Of a stretch of DNA of 64,000 bases, positions 25,961 to 39,235 are shown in pieces (positions within the stretch are counted from its first letter, which is position 1; each line of letters opens with the position of its first letter). Position numbers and translations under genes: made by a program. Below the pieces are notes generated by a model. It saw only the letters and a list, made by a program, of their open reading frames with translations. It did not search any database and was not told where the DNA came from. Source of the DNA: Octopus bimaculoides (Eukaryota); the NCBI RefSeq assembly GCF_001194135.2, contig NC_068985.1, positions 88,031,880 through 88,095,879 of the forward strand, read 5' to 3'.

Positions 25961-27570
25961 CGCAGCCACAAATGCATTAGGTAAAATATAAAGAGAAATT
26001 AATAAAAATAACTACAGAGTTTAGAAAACAATGCAAAAGAAAACCGTTTTCTTTTTTTTTTTGCAAATGGTTGACGTAACAGACATCTGTAAGAAAGTTG
26101 GAGATCAGCAAGAGAAACTATTAAAAAATGTTAAAAGCTGAATTGGAAATGCTACTAGAATATGTGTGATTAGTTTGGCGAAAAAGGCCGCTATATAACC
26201 AATAACCAACAAGACGGAGTAAATTAGAAGTAGACGCAAAGCAACACTTCTTTACTAGCTCGAGGAGCGCGTTCTAAAAAGAGGAGGCATTTATATCTCT
26301 GAAGAAAATTAAAATCTTGCCACCAATAATTTTCACAAGCACGACGAAACTATAAAAATGGCAATTGAACGTGTTTAGGCTGGGAAGGAAAGCACAAATA
26401 TTGTGGCCTTGGAAGGTAAATTAAATCCATCAACTGCATTGTTTACAACTGCTTTGCTTTTGTCGGTACAAATTATGTAGTGAGATGACAGAGATGCTGC
26501 TTATACAGGGGTTGTACAACATAATGAGAACGCCAAGATAATTGACTTTTATCACTGAATAGAGTTGGTTCAACTTTGGTATCAATCATAGTTTTAATAT
26601 GCTTTTTCTCGTTTGGTGATGATGATGGGGCAAAGCCGTTCATCAGATATTTTTATCAAAATCTCTCAAGAAGGGATGAGGCTATTGATAAGATTTTAGT
26701 CCAATTATACAAAAAATTATCTCCAAAAGAAATAGAAAACTCAACCAAACATAAATATTTAGAAATAGTGATAACCCGATTCAGCCGGCTGAAAACAAAT
26801 GAAAACACAACGGACAAATACAAATACATAACGAAACTCACCAGGACTTTTATATATAATGCAGTGAAAATAGCACACCTATACAGTACAAATCAATAAT
26901 AGAGTGCAGTAGAAATATAAAATCATAAAGAAAGCGCTGCACACACCTAAGGCGCACAGAACCGTGCTCTGTCATACCGTGAAAATAGGCAGCAAAATCC
27001 TCATCACCAGAGTAAACCAGAAATTTGATTCTGAAGAATATCCACATCTTTTATTTTCTGAATATCGCAGTTTCATACTTTCAGGTCTACACAGATTCTT
27101 ACTATTCTAACGATTAAAAAAAAACAAAAAAAAACATTCTTACTAGATGTTAAGTAATTTGCTTTTTCCCAATTTATTTTGAATATTCTCATTTTGTTAT
27201 TGTCATTTTTACTTCTTTGCATTCATTTCCGAGATTTTTCTTCAAATTGAAACTGTAGTTTTACATTTCAATACCTTTCTTAACTGTTTACCCTTCGAAA
27301 ACATTTTAATGTCAAACAAAATGTTTACGTTGTAGGCGATTGTTCACTCCGGGCAGCCATAACAAATCCGATTTCTTTGTATCAAAAAATAAATTACACT
27401 CTGTGAACTTACCTTTTTAATCCTTACTGTCTGCTTTTATAACTGGGCATTCTAGTCTAATTTCCTTTATATTCCCCTTGATGTTTTCTGATATTGTTCC
27501 CAAGGACCCAACAATAATTGGCACAGTCTCTATTATCCATACCCGGGTTATATCGTACTTAAGAGGTTGC

Positions 27571-27572
<2 letters not shown>

Positions 27573-27620
<48 letters not shown>

Positions 27621-27630
27621 TAATAATAAT
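27573..27630. repeat. (AAT)n microsatellite
   Basis: Direct reading; abuts a Dong/R4 fragment. Confidence 0.95.
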
Positions 27631-27639
27631 TTTATCCGG

Positions 27640-28150
27640 CGATAAAAACAAACAATTTAAGGAAAAATGTATATGGGGATAATACCTCAGAAAATGTAGA
27701 ATCAGTGGAACGTGGAACAAGACAGAAGTACACAATTTTGCAGAGTGCCCTAACTTGGCACAGGAGAAATATGAGAAAATGAGATTGTAAAAGTTTAATA
27801 CTGGAAGCTTTGTCAGAAATGGAGATTTAAAGCTATAGATATATGGTATGAAGATTAGGTCGAAAGATTGCCGGAGTTGGAGAATTGTGAAATCTTGTGA
27901 GACTTACTTTTTCAAACGGACAAGAAACCAGACAAAATAGACCGGACATAACAATAATAAACAAGGAAAAGTGAAGTCGCTTATTAATTGCTACATCATG
28001 TCCATTTAGTTCCAGGATCGTGAATAAAGAAAATGAAAAACATACAATCCCTTAAAATTTGAAATTGTAAGAATTAGGAATATGAAAACTGTAAGAGTTG
28101 TGCCTATAGCAATGGGTGTATTGGGAATTGTAAGTAAAGATATAAATATA
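27640..28150 (+). mobile_element. Dong/R4 LINE remnant (zinc knuckle plus RLE endonuclease)
   Basis: AECPNLAQEKY, WKLCQKW, QTDK..NRPDITIINKEK, NPLKFEIVRI, RVVPIAMGVLG. Confidence 0.8.
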
Positions 28151-28779
28151 GGCGCCATGTTCATCGCTCTAACAAAAAAACCCTTAGGCTGGGATCCTTT
28201 GAGCAGTGTAAGCTACTCGATGATAAAAATTAGAATAACCGTGTAAATGTGATTGAATCTTCTTATAAAAATATCTAAAAATCTTCCAGTATAGGTCGTC
28301 AATCTATGAATTCCTCAGAGCGTTGAGAAGGCTAGAAGTAGCAAAACAAAGACATGTAAAAAAATCCTGAAAGTACGAATAATATTTCCGCAAAGATGTT
28401 ATGAAAACAATATGTTTCACATGTGAATTTAGCATGAAATTGGAACCTGATGTTTGCAAAATAAAATAAAAATTGCTTGAGTGTATGAAAAAAAATATAA
28501 AGAAACGATCAACCACCATGAACTGAAATGTTGGTGCTTGGATGAAAACAAGTTGACACGTTGATGAATAGCGTTCGAGGATTCAGACAATATAGAAGAA
28601 TAGATTCGGTCATTATAAAGTGTGATATCCTTACTATGAAGAGTGTAAAACTCATGCCAAAAATTAAAAAAAACCGAATTTGCTACAAAGAAAGATATAA
28701 ACGGCATTGTTAAGTAAACAGAGAACAGTTGAGTGCTCAGCTGCTTTGGGAGCTACCAAAATTAAATATAACACAATTG

Positions 28780-28984
28780 TTTCTATTATAGGCACAAGGC
28801 CTGCAATTTCTGGGGAGGGTGCAACTGGATTCTATCAGCTCCAATTCTTGACTGACGCTTATTCGATCGACACCGAAAGGAAGAAACGTAAAGACGACCT
28901 CGGTGGATTTTGATCTCTTAACGTAACAACACACGAAATGCGGCTAATAGTTTCTTCGGCGTGCAAACGGTTTTGCCGGCACCA
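28780..28984 (-). mobile_element. SINE family A, degenerate full copy
   Basis: ggcacaaggcctgcaattt tail through gacctcggtggattttga to ttgccggc head. Confidence 0.75.
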
Positions 28985-29399
28985 TGATTTATTATGGTAT
29001 AAGGAAGAAATCACTGTAAGGTGAATATAAATGTTTGACTAAGTTTTCAGCGAAGCGTTAAAGACGCTATCACAGCTATCGACATACATGTTGGCGCCAT
29101 TAACTGCAACATCGATGAAGTACGATACATGGGTAGAAAATCTAAAAAAAACTGTTGACGATATATGATTCATAAAATGTTGATTTTGATGGACTGCATT
29201 GGATACCATATATATGATTGTAGATGGCTGAGCTATAAACAGCGTAGAAAATCATGTGTTAAGGCTGAGATGCAGTAAAAGCATCTCTAAGTCAGAAAGG
29301 AAATAAAGTAAACAAAGTAAAAAAAAATGCCGAGAGCAATATTAAAAGGAAAAAAGATATTCCGGAAAGGAGAATGATGATATTACTGGAAGCAACAAG

Positions 29400-29700
29400 G
29401 AAAAGTGAACGGAAGAAGAATACAAGAAATTATCTGCTAGAACACTGCATTTTCAAGGATTTTGTCTTGAAGATGCTGTAAAAGGAAAGGGGTGGGAAGA
29501 AATTTCCATAGAAGGTAGGGCCATGTCAGCCGAGGAAGAAAGCATATGTACACGAATAATCAGAAAGTTAAATAATTTTGATATGTCAACGCTATGTTGA
29601 TTATATGGTGAAAAAGGAGAAACTGCCGCTCGCTTGGCATCAGAGAGTAAGGACCTGGCACAGGTGCTATAAAGAGGAAACTCTATTAAAATATATCTAG
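29400..29700 (+). mobile_element. Dong/R4 LINE fragment, highly decayed
   Basis: LHFQGF...AMSAEEESICTR...LC*LYGEKGET..LASESKDLAQV resembles LHGQF...AAQEQ...LCRLCGEK.ET..HL.S.C..LAQ. Confidence 0.5.
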
Positions 29701-30293
29701 AAGAATCAGAAAAGTAAACTGTATATTCACCAACGAAATTGGACGAACATGAATGGCAAAACTCGTACAGAAGATTACACTCCAAACAGACATTGCAGTG
29801 GAGCACTCAATGCCAGAAATTCTTTTAGTATAGAAAAATTCTAAAAGTAAAAATAAATAATAAAACTAGAACTTATAGGATAGTGAATGTAGTCTGCCAT
29901 TGTGAAGTCAGAAAAGAAATTGAGAAGATAAATAAATACCATAAAGTAAAGTGATTACTAAAATGACGTTGAAATTCTAGAGAGATGATAGTAATTTCTG
30001 GTGTATTTGATTAGGTGGGGCAGTGTCTGAGGACATCGCCAAATGGCTCTCTATTATTATTGTATCAATAAATTTTCTGTCACTACTAAAGAGACACACC
30101 CTCGGTATGTTCACAACTTTAACTGATATAAAAAGGAAGGTCGATAGCGAAAATGAATTGATCAAAACTAAAAAATGTGTAAAAATAAGTATGATTATCA
30201 GGCGACGTTTGAATGAATAAAGATATTCCGCAAAGGGCTTCTACATGAGGTAGAGTGCTGTGTTTAGTGAGAAACTGCAGCTGAGGTTTTAGG

Positions 30294-30453
<160 letters not shown>

Positions 30454-31088
30454 NNNNNNNNNNNNNNNNNNNNNNNNNNNNNNNNNNNNNNNNNNNNNNN
30501 NNNNNNNNNNNNNNNNNNNNNNNNNNNNNNNNNNNNNNNNNNNNNNNNNNNNNNNNNNNNNNNNNNNNNNNNNNNNNNNNNNNNNNNNNNNNNNNNNNNN
30601 NNNNNNNNNNNNNNNNNNNNNNNNNNNNNNNNNNNNNNNNNNNNNNNNNNNNNNNNNNNNNNNNNNNNNNNNNNNNNNNNNNNNNNNNNNNNNNNNNNNN
30701 NNNNNNNNNNNNNNNNNNNNNNNNNNNNNNNNNNNNNNNNNNNNNNNNNNNNNNNNNNNNNNNNNNNNNNNNNNNNNNNNNNNNNNNNNNNNNNNNNNNN
30801 NNNNNNNNNNNNNNNNNNNNNNNNNNNNNNNNNNNNNNNNNNNNNNNNNNNNNNNNNNNNNNNNNNNNNNNNNNNNNNNNNNNNNNNNNNNNNNNNNNNN
30901 NNNNNNNNNNNNNNNNNNNNNNNNNNNNNNNNNNNNNNNNNNNNNNNNNNNNNNNNNNNNNNNNNNNNNNNNNNNNNNNNNNNNNNNNNNNNNNNNNNNN
31001 NNNNNNNNNNNNNNNNNNNNNNNNNNNNNNNNNNNNNNNNNNNNNNNNNNNNNNNNNNNNNNNNNNNNNNNNNNNNNNNNNNNNNNNN
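30454..31088. other. Assembly gap
   Basis: N run. Confidence 0.99.
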
Positions 31089-31444
31089 AATACCTATTGT
31101 CATAGGTGCCCTGGGAATGACAGCGAAACGGGTTGATTACTACCTAGATCAGATTCCAGGAAACCCCAAAATCGCTGAAGTTCAAAAGATAGTGCTCATG
31201 GGAACTGCCCATATCCTACGTAAAATACTGTCTATGTGATCTCAAATTTTAAAGCAAACACATAATTTTCTTATGGTTTCTTAAACATTCACTTGAACAA
31301 AACTGTTCAAATCCAAATATATGGTACCCTAGGCATAACACCTACATGAACTTCTAACTTGTTGTCTCTTGAGGTCTCTGGGTGAGACTTGGATCCAACT
31401 TGTACAAATGCAAAACAAAAGTCAAACATAAAATAATAATAATA
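31089..31444 (+). mobile_element. Well-preserved Dong/R4 LINE 3' end (ORF C-terminus, 3' UTR, (AAT)n tail)
   Basis: Open frame 31090-31239 IPIVIGALGMTAKRVDYYLDQIPGNPKIAEVQKIVLMGTAHILRKILSM*; UTR ends in aataataataataac. Confidence 0.9.
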
Positions 31445-31489
31445 ACGTTCATGGCTTCTCATTTAAACTGTTTCGTGACTTCTCTTCTG

Positions 31490-31605
31490 AACTCTTTCAT
31501 GGCTTCTGATCTTAACTGATTGGAAGTATTATCATGTATATTGCTTTGTCTTGGTATACAAGATGAGCTACAGCAAATATTCTGCTAAATACCACAGATT
31601 TTGAT
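31490..31605 (-). mobile_element. LINE 3' UTR fragment homologous to 33500-33600
   Basis: Reverse complement aligns colinearly with 33500-33600 (agcagaatatttg..tatac.a.gacaaa..cttccaatc..ttaagat). Confidence 0.7.
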
Positions 31606-31621
31606 CCATATGAGCCGATAA

Positions 31622-32668
31622 GGCTCATATGGATGCAAAGACCAAGTCTTAATCAATCGCGTCATCCTTTAGACCTGTCATAACAAACTCAGAAATCTCA
31701 TTTCTGCATGGAATGATTATAAAAAGAACTTTGACTATATACTGCATCCAGGGACCTTGAAATCGCTGGATATCTACAATTTTTTTCTTGTGATTTCAAA
31801 CTTCCTGAAGCACATATCAATGTGGAATACGAATCTCCAACTATAGCGCTCTAATGGAGTACTGACCATATTAGCAGTTCCGGTTGTTATTTACAGTTTC
31901 AATACTTTGAACTGGAATATAAGCGAAATAAGGAAGACTGACAGGAAAATCTGTAAGCTGCTAACTTGCAATAAGATGCACCACCCACAGGCAGACGCAT
32001 ATCGTCGTTACATACCCAGAGCTAAAGGCAGTCGAGGCTTCATCCAATTTGAAATCTCTCACAAAACCACCACAAATGGACTGGCAAGTTATCTTGAAAC
32101 ATCAAACGACTGGATGCTAAACCCCGTTGAAAACCTTGAAAGACGTAAGCGGCTACATTGTTTTGAACGAAAACAAAAAAAATTCAAGTGAGTTAGTGCA
32201 TGATACCCAGGTTGAACAGCATGATCGAAGTGCAGCAGCAAAGCAAAATGCGTTTGAAAAATTGGCTGATAGGTGTGAACAAAAACCTCTGCCTGGCATA
32301 TATGTGGTCCGTAGCAAACAAGCTGATGTACACCAGAAACACACCCATAAGCAGCTCAGGGCTAAAGTTAGAGAATAAAGGATTTATCTTGTGTTAATCG
32401 GAGTTTATTGACCCGGAACTATCAAGCCAATGTGATGACTAACTGTGTAGACCCAAATGCTGATACTGCAACGATGGGATAGAAACAGTGGATCACCTAA
32501 TCTCTGGATGTAAGGTTTTAACATCTGTAGAGTACAAATCAAGTCATGACACAGTTGGCTAATATCCACATTGGATAATGTGTCGGCATTTCAAAATCAA
32601 AATTGCTGACAAATGGTACAAACGGCCACGCTGAGACTGTAACTCAGGAAGAAAATGACTATTCTTGG
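31622..32668 (+). mobile_element. Dong/R4 LINE remnant with internal deletions (RT3-4, thumb, zinc knuckle)
   Basis: GSYGCKDQVLIN, AWNDYKKNFD, NKMHHPQAD..RYIPRAKGSRG, SSGLKLENKGFIL, YCNDGIETVDHLISGCKVL, ETVTQEEN.TILW. Confidence 0.9.
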
Positions 32669-32669
32669 T

Positions 32670-33240
32670 AGAAATTGTGTGAAGTTAGGTATCCATAGGT
32701 TTTCAGCAGTCTTTCAAGTGCTTAGAACCCTCCTGATAATCCTTGCTGTCCGTAAGAGAAAACTTTCTGTAAGAGCTCTAACGGACATTCTATTTCAGAC
32801 TCCCTCAGCCATTTGTCTATACGTTGGCTTACTGTTCCCGACACATCAAGTTCAAAAGTCACAACCGTTACTGTTCTCATGCTCCATATTCTTCGTATTT
32901 CAAATTTTAAAGGATTGTGTTTTTTTTATTCTTTCTTTACAATCCTGCAATGAAACGGGCATGAGTATGCAACTTAGCCTTTTCTTATCAAAATTAGTTA
33001 TACCTGGTCTATTATTTTCTAAATTCTTATCCGTTTGAATATGAAACTTCCTCAAAAATCTTACATTTCTTTGACTCCATTACTCTTTCGACTCGATCAT
33101 GGTACCTTGTGTTGTGAGAATCACATTTTCATTTCCGATACAGCCTCCAGTATGACACTTTTACAACCTAATCGCCTTTTCTTATATTGTTCCTTGCCAA
33201 CTTGGGGCTGTGCAGCAGGGCAACCTCACATTAAGATAAA
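32670..33240 (-). mobile_element. Dong/R4 LINE remnant (RLE domain to stop codon)
   Basis: QYKKRR, IQTDKNLENNRPGI, HNPLKFEIRRIWSM, LLQK..TARIIRRVLST*; same subfamily as 27640-28150. Confidence 0.85.
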
Positions 33241-33244
33241 CAGT

Positions 33245-33640
33245 GCATGACATTGGAAGTTGGGCACAATCAGAAAATTCTTGAAATCGAGTAACACATA
33301 CTGCTGAAAATGTCCCTGACTAAGGGCAGTTGAAGGTCGATGAATGAAACACCCATGTTTCCAGTGGTGAGTTATTCAAACCCCAAAGAATTATTCCCAG
33401 CACGTGGCTATGATTCTCCATACTACTCCTGCTCACGATCAGATATACACATATTGTTAGGCACTAATAGGCATGCTCAACTATTTATGGTCAAGGAACT
33501 GAAGAGCAAATCTTTGGTACTGAGCAGAATATTTGTTCTAGTCCAACTTTTATACAAGGACAAAACATGTACATGTTTAGACTTCCAATCTTTTAAGATG
33601 TTAATCGACGAAATCCGCTTCCTGGTACTGTATAGGAATC
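33245..33640 (+). mobile_element. RLE-type LINE 3' end (last codons plus about 345-bp 3' UTR)
   Basis: LGT.RKILEIE*-like terminus (stop 33292-33294); UTR homologous to 31490-31605; followed by a simple-repeat tail. Confidence 0.65.
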
Positions 33641-33729
33641 TTCTTCTTCGTCTTCTTCTTCTTCTTCTTCTTCTTCTTCTTCTTCTTCTTCTTCTTCTTC
33701 TTCTTCTTCTTCTTCTTCTTCTTCTTCTT

Positions 33730-33815
<86 letters not shown>

Positions 33816-33836
33816 CATTACTATTATTATTATTAT
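33641..33836. repeat. Compound (CTT)n(ATT)n microsatellite
   Basis: Direct reading; explains the poly-L/I, poly-R and poly-K ORFs. Confidence 0.97.
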
Positions 33837-34027
33837 GTTGTTTCTGAGAGCACTCGGTTTCGTTTGCTGTGTTAGATTCTGTGAGAACGGACGGCATACT
33901 GCTGTCATAGTTTTCACAGTTTCTCTTTCCACCCATTATAAGCCTTGATAATTGGTTGTTAATTATCGTGAGAGAGATTCAACATCCAAATGCCAATCTG
34001 AAAATCATAGCTGTCCCCAACAGTTCA

Positions 34028-34238
34028 GGCGGAGACTTGAAAGAATCGTTAGCATATCGGGCAAAATTCTTAGCGGCATTTCATCAGCGTTCATGTTCTG
34101 ATTTCTAATGTCGGCGGTCGCCTTTGCCTTTTCTCTTTTCGGGGTCGATAAAATGTGTACCAGATGAGCATTGGGGACGATATGATCACCTTACCCTTCC
34201 CCCGAAACTGCTGGCCTTGTGCCCAAATTTGAAATCAT
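34028..34238 (+). mobile_element. SINE family A copy
   Basis: Head, core ttcggggtcgataaaatgtgtaccag, tail ggccttgtgcccaaatttgaaa. Confidence 0.8.
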
Positions 34239-35130
34239 TATTTTTATTGTTATTATTCACCAAAATGGAAAATAATCGAATGGAACAAATATTGTTCAGT
34301 TTCATATAAATAAACAAGAAAAAATATAATTATGTATAATATAAAAGTAGATGAAAATTAAATCAATAACACACAAAAACAAAATTTGGGGGAAATAAGA
34401 AAAAATAAAAGATACATACATATGCACCCCCACATACATGCTTACACACAAATACACGCACACATACACGCATACATACACGCATACATACACGCACACA
34501 TACACACACACACTCATATAAAGTAATATTTATAAGAAAACATCTTGAAGCTATGGTTGGTGAAAGTAAGAAGTATATTCCAAATAAAGTTGAGAATTTT
34601 TGGTAAAATCTTAAAATAGTGCTGTTTTGTTGCCGTAAGGTATAATTATTGATTAACAAGATAATCTTTTATAACTAATCACTTTTGTTTATCATTCCAG
34701 CGGTAAACACGTCTTGACGTAGAAATCATTAAAGACCTACTAATAGAGCAATAATTACGGTTGATATAATCAGGGAAAATAGTAATTTTCAAGGAAATAG
34801 ATTATTTGGTAGCAAAACACTGCATATATTGACCATTAGCTCAGACCATTTTAGATTTACAGGACTTTAGAATCTTTCCACTGTGATTCAATATGTTCGG
34901 CTTAAGATGATTTTGTTTATCGAGCTAAACAAAGTCTGAATACTCTCGCATAAATTATTGTTACGTCTTTTACAGAAAGCGGTTTGGTGTGTCAGATATG
35001 TTAAAATCTGTGGTACTATATACTACGTATGAAGAATAATTAGTTTTTATAATTTTCACCTCAAGACTGTTCTGAGTAATAAGAGTTAAGAGCAGACTGG
35101 TTTCAGCTACAATTATACTGATTTTTCTAA

Positions 35131-35499
35131 AGCGGCGAGCTGGCAGAAATGTTAGGACGCTGGGCGAAATGCTTAGCGGTATTTCGTCTGCCGTTACGTT
35201 CTGAGTTCAAATTCAGCCGAGGTCGACTTTGCCTTTCATCCTTTCGGGGTCGATAAAGTAAGTACCAGTTACGCACTGGGGTCGATGTAATCGACTTAAT
35301 CCGTTCGTCTGTTCTTGTTTGTTCCCTCTATGTTTAGCCCCTCGTGGGCAATAACGAAATAGGTATTTCGTCTGCCGTTACACTGTGAGTTCAAATTCCG
35401 CCGAGGTCGACTTTGCTTTACATACTTTTGGGGCCGATAAATTAAGTACCAGTTGCGTACTGGGGTTGACTGGTCCCCTCTCCCAAAATATTGGGCCTT
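35131..35499 (+). mobile_element. SINE family A tandem: full copy plus 5'-truncated second copy
   Basis: Full copy 35131-35361; second copy restarts at ggtatttcgtctgccgtta (35362) and carries the alternative tail. Confidence 0.9.
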
Positions 35500-35585
35500 T
35501 ATAAAAGATTATACAGGATTTCACTACAGAAAATTAATGTATTTAGGTAAGATTCGATATGGGATCCGCTCTTTAGAGTCTAAAT

Positions 35586-35832
35586 TATCTTGTTTCACTC
35601 AGTAGACAGCGGTCATGCTGGGGTACTGTCTTCAATAATTTTAGATGAAAGAATCAAATCCAGTCCTTCTCTTCTTAAGTCCGTTACTTATTCGCTCGCT
35701 AAGTTACGGAGATGTAAACATACGAATGCAAGTTTTTAAGATGTGGTGGGGAACAAAGAGGAATACAATGACACGCGCACACACACACACATGAAAGGTT
35801 TCTTTCAGTTTCCGTTTACCGAATCCACTGGA
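35586..35832 (-). mobile_element. SINE family B, degenerate copy
   Basis: gcggtcatgctgg, gctaagttacggagatgtaaaca, (CA)n, tttcagtttccgtttaccgaatccact. Confidence 0.7.
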
Positions 35833-38779
35833 AAATATTTGGTCAGTTAATGATAATGATGATGGTGGTGGGGGTGGTGATGATGATGTTGATGCTGCTG
35901 CTCCTGCTGATGATGATCATGGAACGTATATGTGTGTACTGGTATGTATTTATGTAGGTACTGCATGAACACATGCACGTATATACATACATAAAAATTC
36001 CCGGATAGTTCTTTGGTTTTCGGTTTTCATCTGAATCGGTGTGTCTACACCTCCCGTCCTTGTGCTGTTCTGCATTACCGTCACACCTCAACCTACGCAT
36101 ACTGTGCCACGTGGTTAAAGACTACCTACCGGTTAATATCGCTCTGACAATCCTCCACTCTTGTATTACTCCGTCCCAAATAATGTGACAGAAGGCTGTC
36201 ATTAGTATGTTACGTACTGACATAGGTCTTCTCCGCACCTCCTTCTTGGATATTTGCCATGTAAGTCCACATGTCATTCTGTAATTTATCGATATACAAA
36301 GTAATTCTTCTTGCTGCTCCTTTGAGTTGGGTCTAAAATTTCCAGCACGTTTTGATAAATCAGATTTATATTAATCTCATTTCACACTTCCATTTTTCTC
36401 CGGGAATACCACCAGAGAATTAGTCAGAATAAGTTTCCAATTTCAAAAGCTGGATTTCTGATTCACACCCCTATATTTATGAGGTTAATAGGCTTTTGAT
36501 ATCCCTACTCCGAATACGTTTTTGTCACCTTAGCACGTACGACTCATCCAAAAAATATTTCTTGTTTTTATTTTCTTTTAGTTTTGAGTTATTTTCGAAT
36601 TACTGTGGGTGACATATTGAAAGATTAACTGCTTGTGTTGTTGTCTTCTTCTTTGTTGCTATGTGAATCACTCATTTTTAAAATTTATTTTTCATTTTGT
36701 AGTGCAACATTTCTGTTTACTTGTTTAAGCGATGTCATTTCTGTTTGTAAAATTTAATTTTTATAAATTCATGTTTGGATTAACAACATTTTGCAAAACC
36801 TGTTCAGACATCTTACGGGTGAGTTTGCCTCATAAATAAGTAATGATACATATCATTACACAAATAAATATTTACATAACATCTCAACACCTCTTCTCTT
36901 TCTCAATTCCAAATTAAAATGTGTGGAAATTCAAATGTTCCAATGAATAATAATGAAGAAAATTAATATTTTTTTTTACTCAGCAGTTACATTTTGCGAG
37001 AATGCGGAAACCTCCTCTGGAAGATCCATAGTTTAGATTCTGATACAATATGAAAGGCAAGATCTTGAGATTTGTCCTTCCCTTGCTGGATTTCCTACAG
37101 TACAACGATGAATTTCTTTGTCATTCCACCTCCTACAGGCAGAAACATGCAGGTATTTTGCTTACCTGTCACACGTACAATATCAAATTTCCTACAACTC
37201 TCATATTGGCATCATTTCAGACGATTTTAAGGAAGGATAAGGATGTTTGAATCCATGCCGACCTCGGCTATATCTATATTTCGTAACCAAACCGCTAACC
37301 ACTGACAACTTTCCCCTTTTGCATTGCACACTTGAAACGTACGCATCAATTGATGTCACCGCGACAGCAGGTGATTATTACGATAGTTGGATACCTAGGA
37401 ACGAGTCTCAATACCAATGCATCCAATTGTTTATATATTTGTACAATGCAGACACATAGGCAGACAATAATATAAAGGACCATTCATTTTTGGTCAAAAC
37501 CTTCCCCCACTAAATGTACAAAATCCACGCTTTTCTGTTAAGAAGATCTATCACGTTTCTCCTTGACCGCCTTTGGACAAGTCTCTTTCGGACCGGTACC
37601 ACAGTGTCTGCCAAACTAGTTTCTTTAGATTGAATCGTAGTCTAGCATGTCCTTATTCCATGAACAATTTCTACTGTTAACGTATTCTGTCCCGATCCCT
37701 CAGTTGTTGCAGTCTCCATTTGCAGTTCCTGCTAATTTATGCTGTGCCACGTAATCCTGTTTTACCTTTTAATCATTTGACATAAAGATTGCTTTTATTC
37801 CTTTCATCACCATAGGCCTCATCGTTCTTCCATCTGATTTTGCAATGATGTAATTGTTGAGGTGGGTTTTGCAATCGTCAAAGAACTGCCTCTCACCACT
37901 AACTAGCCATATTCTGCCACAAATATGACAATAAACCAGATGTTTGTCTTAGACTATAAGGTACGACATGAGACATTGGTAGATTCTGAAGTAGTTTTGA
38001 TGCATTAGTTTGTCGCCTCGCATCCTCCTTCTCCAAAAAACAGGTATGGCAATGGGTATACGAGGTACAACTCATCATTCTGCACATTTGCAGGTTTTCA
38101 TTTCGCTTTTCTGTTGCTGGTACACTGAAATCCTATGCATTTGGATCGACAGGACAATTTCAATTTTAAACTAAACTATTTCGTAACACACCGATGCCAT
38201 GTTTAATACTTCGAATGCATTAGATCCAAGACAAAAATGTACACCGTTTCCAGTGACATTAACGGCACTATATTTCTATTGCATCTTACGTTCTTGCTCA
38301 GCAAAAGTGCTCGACTGTTGATGCGATGGATGAAGTTGTTGCCAAAATCGTAACATAGAATGTTTCCAATAATACTGCAATCGAAAGAAATACAAATCTT
38401 TGTTTAAAGGTGAGTGTAATTTGTTGTAGAATATGCCGCTTTTATTTTCACATCCGTGAAAATCTGTTTGTTTTGGTTCGAGATTTATATGGTATCTTTG
38501 CTTCAAGCCATTTTGTTTGTTTACGAATGAAAAAGAAAATATTTTGTTCGAAAATTAAAATCTTTTTGTCCCCAACGGGGGAAAAAAAACCAATTAATTA
38601 ATTACATTTCTGTGTAGAAATTTTACATTAAACAAAACGATTTCCACTTAATTTTGCTTGGAAAATCCACGAATTCGGAAAACAGGAAGTATCACATCTG
38701 ACTAATTCAGACCCATCAACATGATATGAATAATGAGCGTGATGATCATGTTGATGATGATGGTGTTGATGGTAAGGAC

Positions 38780-38804
38780 AATAGTGATAATAGTAATAAT
38801 AATG

Positions 38805-38862
<58 letters not shown>

Positions 38863-38878
38863 TAATAATAATGATAAC
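38780..38878. repeat. (AAT)n microsatellite
   Basis: Direct reading. Confidence 0.95.
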
Positions 38879-38884
38879 ATCCGG

Positions 38885-38940
38885 AATTGCTGTAAGACTC
38901 TCAATATTGTAATTGTCATAGAAGCCCTAGGATCTGTTAT
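38885..38940 (+). mobile_element. Tiny Dong/R4 C-terminal fragment directly after (AAT)n
   Basis: IVIVIEALGSV resembles IPIVIGALGSV. Confidence 0.45.
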
Positions 38941-38981
38941 ATAATATTGGTCGACGACAGTGTATGTTCAGATGAAATTCC

Positions 38982-39009
38982 ACTGCTGCTGCTGCTGCTG
39001 CTTCTGCTG

Positions 39010-39058
<49 letters not shown>

Positions 39059-39170
39059 CACACCTGCTGCTGATGATGATGACGATAATAATAAAAATAA
39101 TGATAATAATAATAATAACAATACTACTACAGCTACCAGTATTAACAACAAGAACAACAACAACAACAAC

Positions 39171-39235
<65 letters not shown>

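Noticed and set aside
26506-27050. TA|CAGGGGTTGTACAACATAATG Tc1-like TIR and the 107-aa ORF at 26576-26899
   Set aside because: No partner TIR or convincing transposase motif found.
33340-33948. 202-aa ORF with poly-Leu/Ile (and poly-Arg, poly-Lys antisense ORFs)
   Set aside because: Translation of (CTT)n(ATT)n plus a LINE 3' UTR; not a membrane protein.
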